Source: Octopus sinensis (taxonomy: Eukaryota). Taken from it: a stretch of 64,000 bases of DNA. Position numbers and translations under genes: made by a program. Shown one piece after another: positions 24,392 to 36,565 of this stretch (position 1 is its first letter; each line of letters opens with the position of its first letter). The DNA lies in the NCBI RefSeq assembly GCF_006345805.1, contig NC_043024.1, positions 5,518,001 through 5,582,000 on the forward strand. Direction: 5' to 3'. Below the pieces are notes generated by a model that saw only the letters and a program-made list of their open reading frames with translations, was not told the DNA's origin and made no database searches.

Positions 24392-25423
24392 ATGTCTGAA
24401 GAATTAGGAAAGTCATCATATGACTGTGACATCTGCAAAGAGTCATTCTTAGAAGAAAGTAAATTCAATCAACACAAACAAATTCATAGAGGAGAGAAAC
24501 AACATCAATGTGATGTCTGTGGTAAATCATTGTCTGACAAGAATAGCTTAGCTCGACACAAGCGTATTCATACAGGGGAAAAACCATATCACTGTAATGT
24601 CTGTGGTAAATCATTCTCGGATGACAGTCACTTAACTCAACACACGCGTATCCATACAGGAGAAAAACCTTATTCCTGTGATATCTGTGGTGAATCATTC
24701 TCTGCTGGCAATAGCTTAACTCGACACAAACGTATTCATACAGGAGAGAAACCATTTCCTTGTGATATATGTGGTAAATCTTTCCCTGAAAACTTTAGCT
24801 TAACTCAACACATACGTATTCATACAGGGGAGAAGCCATATAACTGTAGTATCTGTGATAAATCGTTCTGTAATGACAGTCACTTAACTCGACACATACG
24901 TACTCATACAGGAGAGAAACCTTATCCCTGTGATATCTGTGGTGAATCATTCTCTGCTGGCAGTAGCTTAACTCGGCACAGACGTATTCATACGGGAGAG
25001 AAACCATTTCCTTGTGATATATGTGGTAAATCTTTCACTGAAAATAGTGGCTTAACTAAACACAAACGTATTCATACAGGGGAGAAGCCACATAAGTGTA
25101 GTATCTGTGATAAATCATTCTCTAATTATAGTCACTTAATTCGACACATCCGTATTCATACGGGAGTGAAGCGTTTTCCCTGTGATATCTGTGGTAAATC
25201 ATTTTCTGATGACAGTAGCTTAACTAAACACAAGCGTATCCATACAGGGGAGAAACCATATCACTGTGATTTATGTGGTAAATCTTTCACTGAAAAGAGT
25301 GGCTTAACTAAACACAAACGTATCCATACAGGTGAGCAACCGTATCACTGTGATATCTGTGGTAAATCATTCAGTCAGGCAGGTAACTTAAATACACACA
25401 AACGTATTCATACAGGTGAATAA
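24392..25423 (+). CDS. C2H2 zinc-finger protein, copy 4 (343 aa, 12 fingers, truncated by nonsense change)
   Basis: TAA at 25421 and 25544 replace CAA codons of copy 3; the ancestral frame continues to ...YAKDP TAG at 25595-25597; acceptor AG at 23993-23994. Confidence 0.88.
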   Translation: MSEELGKSSYDCDICKESFLEESKFNQHKQIHRGEKQHQCDVCGKSLSDKNSLARHKRIHTGEKPYHCNVCGKSFSDDSHLTQHTRIHTGEKPYSCDICGESFSAGNSLTRHKRIHTGEKPFPCDICGKSFPENFSLTQHIRIHTGEKPYNCSICDKSFCNDSHLTRHIRTHTGEKPYPCDICGESFSAGSSLTRHRRIHTGEKPFPCDICGKSFTENSGLTKHKRIHTGEKPHKCSICDKSFSNYSHLIRHIRIHTGVKRFPCDICGKSFSDDSSLTKHKRIHTGEKPYHCDLCGKSFTEKSGLTKHKRIHTGEQPYHCDICGKSFSQAGNLNTHKRIHTGE

Positions 25424-25543
<120 letters not shown>

Positions 25544-27469
25544 TAAAAATATCAATTAATTAAACACAAGTGTATTTGTTATGCAAAGGATCCATAGCAC
25601 AGTGACAATTCTTGTATAACATTCCCTCAGAAGGACAAGCTTGTTCCTCAGGAAAATCTCTACACATGATTGAAACCATATTATAAAGACATCCACAGAA
25701 TACAGAAACTATATGAATGTGACATCTATAGTAAATCTTTGACATGAAATCATCCATTATTGAATCAAAAGAGCATTGACAGAGGAAGGAAAACATATGA
25801 CTGTGATGTTAAACCTGAATCATTCTTTCAAAATGGTGAATTGTTTGTACACAGTCCTATTAATATGAAAGATATAACTGTAACCTAAGCTATTCGTGCT
25901 AAATCAATCTATAAAAATGGATCAATTATTGAAATGTAAATGCATTCTTACATAAGAGGAACCACGATGATGATCCTCATCATTTAAAATTCTCCTATTC
26001 ATGCTTCTGTGGATCAGATGGAATTCATTGATGGAGATTTTCTACATCTGGGTCCCTTTCTTGTGACCAATCCTCACCTGTTTCCAAGCAAGGAAATATT
26101 TTCCCTGGTGAGACATATTTTACGCAGAGGACTGGAAGTGAACAACTGCACAAGTATGACGGTCATGATGGCCCTTTACGAACATCACATAATATCTGGA
26201 TAAGGGTACACACAGACATGTATGTTCGAAGATTTTCTTATAGGAAATCTTTTACATTTTTAATCTACTTCTAAATGTTTGTAATTCCTATTAGGAAATG
26301 AAACACATGTAATGCTGAATAAATACCATCAAACTTTTCTCCAGTCTCCTTATGTGATTTGTAATTACCTTGCAAAAAATATTATCCAAACCTCCCACGA
26401 AAATAATACACACACACAGACAGATGTGGTGGTGAGTGCATAGTGAAAACGGTTTTGTCTTTTCATTGAAATAAATTTTTGTATCACCTACAAAGTGAAA
26501 TTTGTATTGGCTCTGACCCATCTCCTTGGCTTATAAGTTACCAATGATACGGTTTTCAGTGTATACCATGTTACGTTAAATTTTTACTCATAAGAAATTG
26601 TGACTCCTATATTTTACTATACAATTTTTGTTTTCTAGAAGAAAAATTTGACCATTTCAATTTCAAAATGTAATTTTATCTGTTTATAGTCAAAATGGAA
26701 AAATAAGAGTGAATATTTATTTTATGAGTGCTGTGTATTAAGTCTATAAAATTGTGCATAAAATATATAAGCTATATGAAGTACATTGAGTCATTATTAT
26801 ATTCCAATTTCCTTCACATTTCAATGAATAATAGATAGGTGACTATCTTTTGATACAGACACAACACAGGCTACACTTTCGAGGTTTTAGATTAAGTTTT
26901 CAGAAATAACCGAATAGGTTTGCTATTAATTTCATGAAATATTCACGGGTCCCACTAGTTAACATTAAGAGAATCATGTGGTGAACTGAAGGTAGAGGTG
27001 AAGAATGAGAGACAAAGTGGGAGGGAAAAGTGTTAATGATATGTGGTGTAGTGAAGAAGGAATACTTATTACTTGGTTAACAGGTTAGCTGAAGGGAAAA
27101 ATGAAGAGAAAGAGATATGTTTAGGATACATTATTTGTGAGAGAGTGAGGTTAAAGAGAAGGAGATAGAAAGAGATGGACGGTGGAGGCAGATAGGGTTT
27201 GTATTGTTAAAAGTTGATATAATCAAAAGACCTGAAATGAAACAAGTCTTGTTCCTGAAACTTATAGTGATGATGATGATAGTGGTGGGTTGATTGCGAA
27301 AAGGAATTTCTTTTTTTTATAGAGACCGTCACTCAACACTTGCGCTTTGGTGCAATTATTACGGATGCCAAGTATATTTAACAAAGCTGAAGGTATGAAT
27401 GCTATAAGAATGCAAATGAACCTCTGTTTCTTAAATACATCCTCTTAATTTTTTTAATTAATAATAAAC

Positions 27470-27590
27470 TAAGGTGGCAAACTGGCAGGATTGTTAGCAC
27501 ATCGGGAAAAATGCTTAGCTAGATTCTTCTGACATTTATGCATTTAAATTCTTCCAAAGTGGACTTTGTCTTTCATCCAGAGATGGGTTT
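27470..27590 (+). mobile_element. SINE 5' fragment (same family as 32790-32965 and 62885-63015; paralog at about 19890-19990)
   Basis: GGTGGCAAACTGGCAGGATTGTTAGC...GACTTTGTCTTTCATCC matches the reverse complement of the 32.8-kb copy. Confidence 0.55.
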
Positions 27591-27765
27591 GATGAAAATG
27601 AGCCCCTTTTGAGCACTGGAGTAGAGATAATCAATTCAACACTTCCTGTGAAATTGCTGGCCTTGTGCCAATATTTGGAAACTATTCCAATGTCTTCGCT
27701 CTCAACCGAGGAAATGCCACGACCATTTCAAAAAATATCAAAGAACCTTCCGGTCCAGAGAACTA

Positions 27766-28260
27766 GGTGTCATCATACCACTTTTCTCCTCCTTTGTACG
27801 GCCACACCTCGAATACTGCTGCCCACTGTGGTCTACCCACACAAAACAAAACATCTCGAAGATTGAATCGCCCCAGAGGACACTCACTAAACGAATTGAA
27901 GGCATAACTGCTCTCGATTATTGGGACCGCCTTAAAGCCTTGAAACTCTATTCTCTCCAGCTCCGCCGCAAGCGGAACGTCATTTGTATGATGTGGAGAA
28001 TATACTGCGACCACGGGCATTACATCCCCTGCCCAATTCAGGATCACAGCATATAGGTAGACTGCAACAGAATTTCTTTTCCTCAACAGGCCCTGCCCTG
28101 TTTAACATTGTCCCGAAAGAGATCAAAGAGGAAAAGGATCCCATCAACATTAAACGGAGTCTGGACTGATTTCGTCAAGGAATACCGGATAAGCCACCCA
28201 TACCTGGATACAACTCACTACTTGAATGGACCATAAACAGAACTTGACTTAAACAGGATT
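27766..28260 (+). mobile_element. CR1-like LINE ORF2 C-terminal fragment
   Basis: Translates as FSSFVRPHLEYCCPLWS...KIESPQRTLTKRIEGITALDYWDRLKALKLYSLQLRRKR. Confidence 0.8.
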
Positions 28261-28372
28261 TAGATAATCCTATTAGGTGATGCTATTAAGTTAGATATGG
28301 CCTGGACCAATCTTTGGTCGAAACATATCTAAGCCTAATTTTTCAATAAAGTAGAGCCGCATTTAAAGAATG

Positions 28373-28657
28373 GAGTTAGTTCCCCTTGTTCATAATTTTG
28401 TTTCTTCCTCCTGTTTCTCCCGCACCTTGATTGTTTGATCAGTTCCACTTGACAACTGATATTTAAGAGAAAATCCAATCAAATATATACAAATGATTGG
28501 TAATTAAGTGTCTAAAGAAGCCGATACGGCATTTTTTATTACATTGACCTGCAAAATATGAAGTAACGTTCGTTGGAAAAAGGAAGAAATTCTCTTGAAG
28601 CTGTCAGTGTCCGCTCTGACTCGTTGACTCTCTCTTTATATCAATTACTATGTAAGT
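28373..28657 (+). promoter_or_regulatory. Putative promoter and first exon of ZNF copy 5
   Basis: CCAAT at 28475, ATTGG at 28496, TCAGT, donor GTAAGT at 28652. Confidence 0.55.
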
Positions 28658-29771
28658 ATTATAAAGACATTTCTATTGTATTAAGTATCATATTACGTAC
28701 ATCTGTTTGTTTCCATGTGTTGAATAAGTCAAAAGAAAGAATCTCACCAAACAAAGACGAAATTATATGAAAGTAAGGCTGTTATTTTAATAATTACGAT
28801 GTAATTTGTAAGAAAAGATGGGGAATGTATAAAAGTACGATTGTGCGATCAAATTACTGAAACGAAAAGGCAACATCGTATACAGACGAAATGAAAGGGC
28901 TTTGAATTGAAACACTAGAAAGTACCTAATTTGACCAAGAATAAATATAAAAACCCGTTTATATAATCTTTTGCTCGAAAATTTGTAATGAAGATATAAA
29001 AAAATATCGACATGACATATATATAGACATAATAATCAAAAAGTCACTGAGAATGGTTTTAAGTGTGGTTTCACATTTTTATACTTAGGAAATACAAAAC
29101 TGAATTAAGAGGAAGCATTATCTTATTTGAGTCATTATGTCGTTAAAAAAGAACATAATAAATGCTAAGAATCAGAGAAAAGATCAACAAAAGTAAAAAC
29201 TGATAGATTATCGATGAAAAGTCTCCAAAGTGACTAAAACATTTACCATTTATGGTAAAATTTTAATGTTGTATATTTGCCCTTTCGAATATCTGCCTTT
29301 TGAACATACTTGATGTCTTATATTAAATTTTCGTATTCTTTCAGAAAATCACATGAAGTTGGCTAAAAAGTATTTTTTACTTTTAAAGAATCATCAATAT
29401 GTATCATGTTTGAAAGACTCTGCAAAGATATTCTACAAACATAATCCTGCTTCTATAAAACATTGCTGAATTACAGTAAAATATTTCCTCTGAGAGAGAA
29501 AGCATTTCTTTACTTCTGTGTCTGAAATGTGCAAGAGATAATTTTCTCTTTTAAATATACTTTGATAGATTTCCAAAGAGTATTTGCAACATTTTTAAAT
29601 ATTGGCATTGACCACATTTAGAAGAAATATAAGAGAAGTGATATTTGTTTGGAATGAACTATAAAAACATAAAGAAGAAAAATATCCATATATTTTGGTG
29701 AGAGGAGAGAAATTTGTGAAAAGTTATTGACGTGTAAAACTTTAAGGATTGATTTTATTATTCTTGAAGAG

Positions 29772-30899
29772 ATGTCTGAAGAATTAGGAAAATCCTCATA
29801 TGACTGTGATATCTGCAAAGACTCATTCTTAGAAGAAAGTAAATTCAATCAACACAAACAAATTCATACAAGGGAGAAACCATATCACTGTAGTATCTGT
29901 GGTAAATCATTCTTAAGTAGCAGTCACTTAACACGACACATACGTATTCATACAGGAGAGAAACCGTATCCCTGTGATGTATGTGGTAAATCATTGTCTG
30001 ATAGGAATAGTTTAACTCAACACAAACTTATTCATACAGGAGAGAAACCATATCACTGTAATATCTGTAGTAAATCATTGTCTGACAGGAGTAGCTTAGC
30101 TCGACATAAACGTATTCATACAGGGGAGAAACCATATCACTGTGATATCTGTGATAAATCATTCAGTCGAAGAGGTAGCTTAGCTACTCACAAACAGGTT
30201 CATACAGGGGAGAAACGATATCCCTGTGATATCTGTGGTAAATCATTCTGTAATGACAGTCACTTAACTCAACACCAACGTATTCACTCAGGAGAAAAAC
30301 CTTATCCCTGTGATATCTGTGGTGAATCATTCTCTGTTGGCAGTAGCTTAACTCGTCATAAACGTATTCATACAGGAGAGAAACCATTTCCTTGTGATAT
30401 ATGTGGTAAATCTTTCCCTGAAAACTGTAGTTTAACTCAACACAGACGTATTCATACAGGGGAGAAACCATATCACTGTACTATCTGTGGTAAATCATTC
30501 TCTAATGACAGTCACTTAACTCGACATATACGTATCCATACAGGAGAAAAACCTTATCCCTGCGATATCTGTGGTGAATCGTTCTCTGTTGGCAGTAGCT
30601 TAACTCGTCATAAACGTATCCATACAGGAGAGAAACCATATCAATGTGATTTATGTGGTAAATCCTTCACTGAAAAGAGTGGCTTAACTCAACACAAACG
30701 TATTCATACAGGGGAGAAACCATATTCCTGTGATATCTGTGGTGAATCATTCTATCACAGAGGTAACTTTACTACTCACTCAAGGGTTCATACAGGGGAG
30801 AAGCCATATCACTGTGACATCTGTGATAAATCATTCTCTGTTAGTAGTTGCCTAACTAGACACAAGCGTATTCATGCAGTGGAGAAAACCTCTCCGTGA
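29772..30899 (+). CDS. C2H2 zinc-finger protein, copy 5 (375 aa from ATG, 13 fingers)
   Basis: The ORF track starts at TTG 29727, but the ATG homologous to the other copies is 29772; acceptor AG at 29343-29344. Confidence 0.92.
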   Translation: MSEELGKSSYDCDICKDSFLEESKFNQHKQIHTREKPYHCSICGKSFLSSSHLTRHIRIHTGEKPYPCDVCGKSLSDRNSLTQHKLIHTGEKPYHCNICSKSLSDRSSLARHKRIHTGEKPYHCDICDKSFSRRGSLATHKQVHTGEKRYPCDICGKSFCNDSHLTQHQRIHSGEKPYPCDICGESFSVGSSLTRHKRIHTGEKPFPCDICGKSFPENCSLTQHRRIHTGEKPYHCTICGKSFSNDSHLTRHIRIHTGEKPYPCDICGESFSVGSSLTRHKRIHTGEKPYQCDLCGKSFTEKSGLTQHKRIHTGEKPYSCDICGESFYHRGNFTTHSRVHTGEKPYHCDICDKSFSVSSCLTRHKRIHAVEKTSP

Positions 30900-30984
30900 T
30901 ATCAGTGGCAAATTATTCTATCAAAGAAGTAACTTAACTACTCACACATGGGTTCATACAGAGGAGAAAATAAATCATTGTGAT

Positions 30985-31538
<554 letters not shown>

Positions 31539-32253
31539 TAAACAGTTCTTTCCTTATGAAGTGGATTCATAACACAGTGATATTTGTTGTATAACATTTC
31601 CTCAGAAGGGCAAAGGAGAGAAATATCACTGTGATATCAGTGCTTAATCATTCTATCAAAATGGAGAATTATACACAGTCATATTAATATGAAAGATATA
31701 ATCATACCTCAAGATATTTGTGTTGAATCAATCTATGAAAAGGATCAATTATTAAAACATAACTGCATTCATACAGAAGAGGAACCATGATGATGATGGT
31801 CCTCATCATTTAACATTCACTTTTCCATGCTTCTGTGGATCAGATGGAATTCATTGATGGAGATTTTCTCCAGCTGGATGCCTTTCTTGTGACCAATCCT
31901 CACCTGTTTCCAAGCAAGGAAATATTTCTCCTGGTGAGACATATTTTATGCAGAGGACTGGAAGTGAACAACTGCACAAGTATGACGGTCATGATGGCCC
32001 TTTACGAACAACACATAATATCTGGACAAGGGTACACACACACTTATGTATGTCTGAAGAATTTCTTATAGGAAATATCTTACATGTTTTCTCTACGTGT
32101 AAAAGTTTATAATTCCTATTAGGAAATGAAACACATGTAATGCTGAATAAATAATATCAAACTTTTCTCCATTGTCCTTATGTGTTATGTAATTACTCTG
32201 CAAAAAATATCATCCAAACCACACACAAAAATAATATACACACACACACACAC

Positions 32254-32287
<34 letters not shown>

Positions 32288-32289
<2 letters not shown>

Positions 32290-32645
32290 CATGGGAGTGG
32301 CTGTGTGGTATGTAGCTTGCTCACCAACCATATGGTTCCAGGTTCAGTCCCACTGCATGGCACCTTGGGCAAGTGTCTTCTACTATAGCCTCGGGCCGAT
32401 CAAAGCCTTATGAGTGGATCTGGTAGGTGGAAACTGAAAGAAGCCCGTCGTATATATGTATATATATGTGTGTTTGTCCCCCCAACATCACTTGACAACC
32501 GATGCTGGTGTGTTAACGTCCCCATAACCGATAGAATAAGTACCAGCCTACAAAGAATAAGTCCTGTGGTCGATTTGCTCGACTAAAAGTGGTACTCCAG
32601 CATGGCCGCAGTCAAATGACTGAAAGAAGTGAAAGAGATAAAGAG
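32288..32645 (+). mobile_element. tRNA-derived SINE (octopus OK/OR-like)
   Basis: TGGCTGTGTGGT A-box-like motif, GGTTCAGTCCC B-box, GGCACCTTGGGCAAGTG core; preceded by (TA)n. Confidence 0.75.
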
Positions 32646-32789
32646 TATGTAATAACCAGCTTCTTTGTTCAACTGATATACTTTCATTAGTTGGAGTAAG
32701 AGTGGGAGGGAGGGAAGACGCAGAGAGAGGGGATCTTTCTTATAGTAATTCTTGTTTCTTTATTATCCACAAGGGGACAAACAAGGACA

Positions 32790-32965
32790 GACAAACGGAT
32801 TAAGTCGATTATATCGACCTCAGTGCGTAACTGGTACTTATTTAATCGACCCCGAAAGGATGAAAGGCAAAGTCGACCTCGGCAGAATTTGAACTCAGAA
32901 CATAATGGCAGACGAAATACCACTAAGCATTTCGCCTGGCGTGCTAACGATTCTGCCATCTCGCT
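32790..32965 (-). mobile_element. tRNA-derived SINE with CCTTTCGGGGTCGAT central domain (Nin-like)
   Basis: Minus strand has GAGTTCAAATTC B-box then GCCTTTCATCCTTTCGGGGTCGATTAAATAAGTACCAGT. Domain assignment from recollection. Confidence 0.65.
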
Positions 32966-33356
32966 GATCTTTCTTCTAGTAATTCTGCCTGTCAATATCT
33001 TACTGAACCCATCAGTAATGCATTCATGTGATCAGTGAAAAAGAGGGAGAGAGGAAAAAGGATAAGGCAAAGAGTGAAGCCGAAAGAGAGAGAATTGATT
33101 GAGGATGAAGCATGCATGGCACGTGGTAGGGGGGAATGTAATAGTTATTTTATGGATAAAAATGTTATTTTGGAGGTCGCTGCCACTTTTCAATTTCTTC
33201 CATTTTTGTTCCTATTGATTCCATATTTGGAGTATTGGTATAGTTTTGTAAGGCAATCATTGACATGAAATTCTTTTTATAGTTTGCAATCTTGGGTAAT
33301 TTTAGCCATTTGAAAGCCACAGATGTATAGGTACTTGTTTCCATAGTAACAAGCCA

Positions 33357-33772
33357 GGATCTTTTTGGTTTGAACAGCAGTTTTTTCTAGCGGTGTCATA
33401 TGAAATTGTCCCCCATAATTATGACCCTAGTATCGATCTATTGCATTTCAATCTGTTTGAGGGTTAGGGATGGGGGGAAGGGTATCTTATTTTCTTCACA
33501 AATGTAAATAAACCCAATCTGTTTCTTAAATGAGGGACATATTCATACGGCGCAGAATGTTTTTTTTTTCACCTCTATAGACGTCATTGATCGGTTGAAA
33601 TTGCAGAAATTGAAGGAAAAAAACCCAAATATGTTACAAACTATAGAATTTTCTTCATAAAGCCAAGAGAAAAAGATGTTTTATAAACACATTCTACCAG
33701 TATACAAAGTTAAAATTGTTTTAGTTACCTAGAAATTATGTTAAAAAACAGCCATTCAAACCAAAAAGATCT
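33357..33772. mobile_element. MITE, same family as 22807-23216
   Basis: Both TIRs present with a few mismatches; no TSD match. Further fragments at about 33860-33945 and 39966-40206. Confidence 0.85.
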
Positions 33773-33974
33773 GATAATTTTAATATTTGAGGGATTCATA
33801 TAATTTTCCATGCAGAATTTCATCAGTTAATTTGCTTCTTCCCCAGAAAGTTGGGACCTTTTCGGTTTGAACGGCAGTTTTTTAAAATAATTTCCACATA
33901 ACCAAACACTTTTAAACTTTGTATACTGGTAGAATGTGTTTATAAGTCCTTTATTTTCGGCCGAAAAGAGGTTG

Positions 33975-34640
33975 TCACTGTTCTAGGACAGCACTCTTCG
34001 CCCTATGAGATGACATCTGGTGTGCCACAGGGATCTGTTCTTGGCCCCCTTTTATTTGTTGCATATGTTAATGACATAGATGCCAACTTAAAGAATGCCA
34101 CAGTGCTGAAATATGCAGATGACATCAAGCTGTACCTCGAAATAAAGAGGTCAGATCCTGTACACTATGGATCTCTATTGCAAGCAGACCTGGACACAAT
34201 GCAGCAGTGGATCATGGACTGGCAACTCAAGCTGGCTGTGGACAAATGTACCACCATGCATTTTGGGAGGAGAAACCCAGCGTCCACCTACTCCCTCCAC
34301 AACACTAGTCTCAAAAAGTCTTCAAGTGAACGTGACCTGGGTGTTATTGTCAACAGTGATTTGCGTTGGACAAAACACATCGCCAAAATTGTCAAGAAGG
34401 CTGAGGGTGTCTTGGCATCACTCACCAAATCCTTTGTGAGCCGCTCTCCGGCTATCTATCTGCGGCTTTATATAGCTATGGTAAGACCTCACCTGGAATT
34501 TGCATCACCGGTCTGGAACCCCTATCTACCCAGGACATCAATCGTCTGGAAGCTGTTCAGCGACATGCAACCAAAAGAATACCCTCCATCAGGCATTTGC
34601 CATATCCTGAACGCCTTACTTCCCTGGGCATGGACACATT
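33975..34640 (+). mobile_element. CR1-like reverse transcriptase fragment
   Basis: ORF 34010-34642 contains SGVPQGSVLGPLLF, YADD, ERDLGV and VRPHLEFASPVW; truncated at both ends. Confidence 0.88.
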
Positions 34641-35104
34641 AAAAAGAAATACTTTTTTTTTAAAAAGAAATACTTTAAAAGGGAAAAACGTGAGAAAAAA
34701 AAGAAAAATTAATAATCTAATTTAACAATAGACAAAAACATGTGCCTTCTCGCACATAAACACAGTATTCACACATATACAAACACGCGCAGATGCAATT
34801 ATTGAAGTACTAAATGGCACGTCAAATGATATTTAATCGTGTGGAACATTTTACATGCATATCAATATTCTAAAGTTGGACCTACTATCCCTTATCCTAA
34901 AGCTGCTTCAGACAATTAGGAAGGGTTCCCGACTTGTTGCACCGTCTGCTTTCAATCTTGGATTGTGATTCGGCTCAGCCCAAACTCTCTCAGATTTTGT
35001 CTGCTGTTGCCTCTCCTACAAGGATTGCACCTGTTTTTTGTTCCTGATTTAACCCCGATTTGTCCTAGAGCCCATAGAAGATTGTTTTTAGTCAACCATC
35101 CATC

Positions 35105-36565
35105 ATGTCAGCTACCTACGCATCGAAACTGAGATCTGCAAGTAGGGCTTCTCATCAAGATGATGTTCCTACCAATAGTCAGCTCAACGAGCAGTTGCTG
35201 TTGCTCAAACAAGAGGTTGAGCACCTAAAGTCTGTTGTTGCTCTCTTACTGAATAAACAGTCTCCTGTTGACGCAGAGTCACCCTTGATTTCTTCCCTGG
35301 AGACGTCCAAACCGAAGGGAACAAAATCGAAGCGGCCAAAGAAGGCGAAGGAACCGGCGGTCGTTTCTGCACATGATCGTTCCCGTGCGGATTCTTCCTC
35401 ATCTGCCTTTTCGGTCCTGGAGGTTCCCCAACCTAATTTGAGGAGCGTAGACTCAAACCCACCTGAAGACCGTTGTTCTCCCCAAAAGAAGAAACGTCGT
35501 CAAAACTCCAGTGGGGCGGATTTAGCTATGAAACCTGACCACGATAAACGGTCTCCTGTTGACACAGAGTCACCCTTGATTTCTTCCCTGGAGACGTCCA
35601 AACCGAAGGGAACAAAATCGAAGCGGCCAAAGAAGGCGAAGGAACCGGCAGTCGTTCCTGCACATGATCGTTCCTGTGCGGATTCTTCCTCATCTGCCTT
35701 TTCGGTCCTGGAGGTTCCCCAACCTAGTTTGAGGAGCGTAGACTCAAACCCACCTGAAGACCTTTGTTCTCCCCAAAAGAAGAAACGTAGTCAAAACTCC
35801 AGAGGGGCAGATTTGGCTATGAAACCTGATCACGATAAAATCTGTTTGGATTCTCCTTCACTTGTCCTTCCCGTTAATGCCATTGCTCAACCAATTCTGA
35901 ACGATCTCGATGTGAGTTCATCTGGGGAGTGGTGCTCCCCCAAACCGAAGAAGAGGCAGTGCAGTTCCAAACCAGGCGGGAAAATTATGACCACTAAATC
36001 CACTCCGATCGACCCCACAGGCCGACATAAGTCCGATGGCTATGAAACCACCCTTTCGAAATCCTCCAATGAAGAATCGAATACCGCAGCTCATAGTAGA
36101 GAACTTTTTGCCCACTCAAGATCGGCAATAATATATGGCAAAGCTGAATCCACCTGTGATACAGGCATAAACCGCCTAAAAGATGACATTAATTTTGTTT
36201 CCATTTTGGTTGGAGAATTGTTCTCTGTGAACGAAAATGTCAGTGTTCTTAAGGTCGCTCGGCTAGGAAGATTCCAAGCGAACCCAACCGCAGATACTAG
36301 ACCACGCCCAATAAGGGTAATCTTTTCTTCTGATCGGGAGGCTTCAGTCTTTCTGAACAGAGCTCAGATGCATGCCTGGGAGGACCCCAATATGGGTTTT
36401 CGCGAGGAATACTCACTAAGAGAGAGAATTCACCGGAGGAACCTGATATCCGAGCTAAAGATGAGGAAACAAATGGGAGAGAAGGGTTTACAAATCCAAG
36501 ATGGACAGATAATCAAGTCCTACCTCTGGTCCCATGCTGTAGTGCTGACAGGGAAAGTGATGTGA
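35105..36565 (+). CDS. LINE ORF1 protein (486 aa, intact, with 97-aa internal duplication)
   Basis: Open from ATG; coiled-coil-like N-terminus; C-terminal ARLGRF...RPRPIRVIF...GEKGLQIQDGQII resembling invertebrate CR1 ORF1. Confidence 0.8.
   Translation: MSATYASKLRSASRASHQDDVPTNSQLNEQLLLLKQEVEHLKSVVALLLNKQSPVDAESPLISSLETSKPKGTKSKRPKKAKEPAVVSAHDRSRADSSSSAFSVLEVPQPNLRSVDSNPPEDRCSPQKKKRRQNSSGADLAMKPDHDKRSPVDTESPLISSLETSKPKGTKSKRPKKAKEPAVVPAHDRSCADSSSSAFSVLEVPQPSLRSVDSNPPEDLCSPQKKKRSQNSRGADLAMKPDHDKICLDSPSLVLPVNAIAQPILNDLDVSSSGEWCSPKPKKRQCSSKPGGKIMTTKSTPIDPTGRHKSDGYETTLSKSSNEESNTAAHSRELFAHSRSAIIYGKAESTCDTGINRLKDDINFVSILVGELFSVNENVSVLKVARLGRFQANPTADTRPRPIRVIFSSDREASVFLNRAQMHAWEDPNMGFREEYSLRERIHRRNLISELKMRKQMGEKGLQIQDGQIIKSYLWSHAVVLTGKVM

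Noticed and set aside
29727-29771. N-terminal extension from TTG in copies 5 and 7 (MTCKTLRIDFI)
   Set aside because: Artefact of alternative start codons in the ORF track; the homologous ATG follows.
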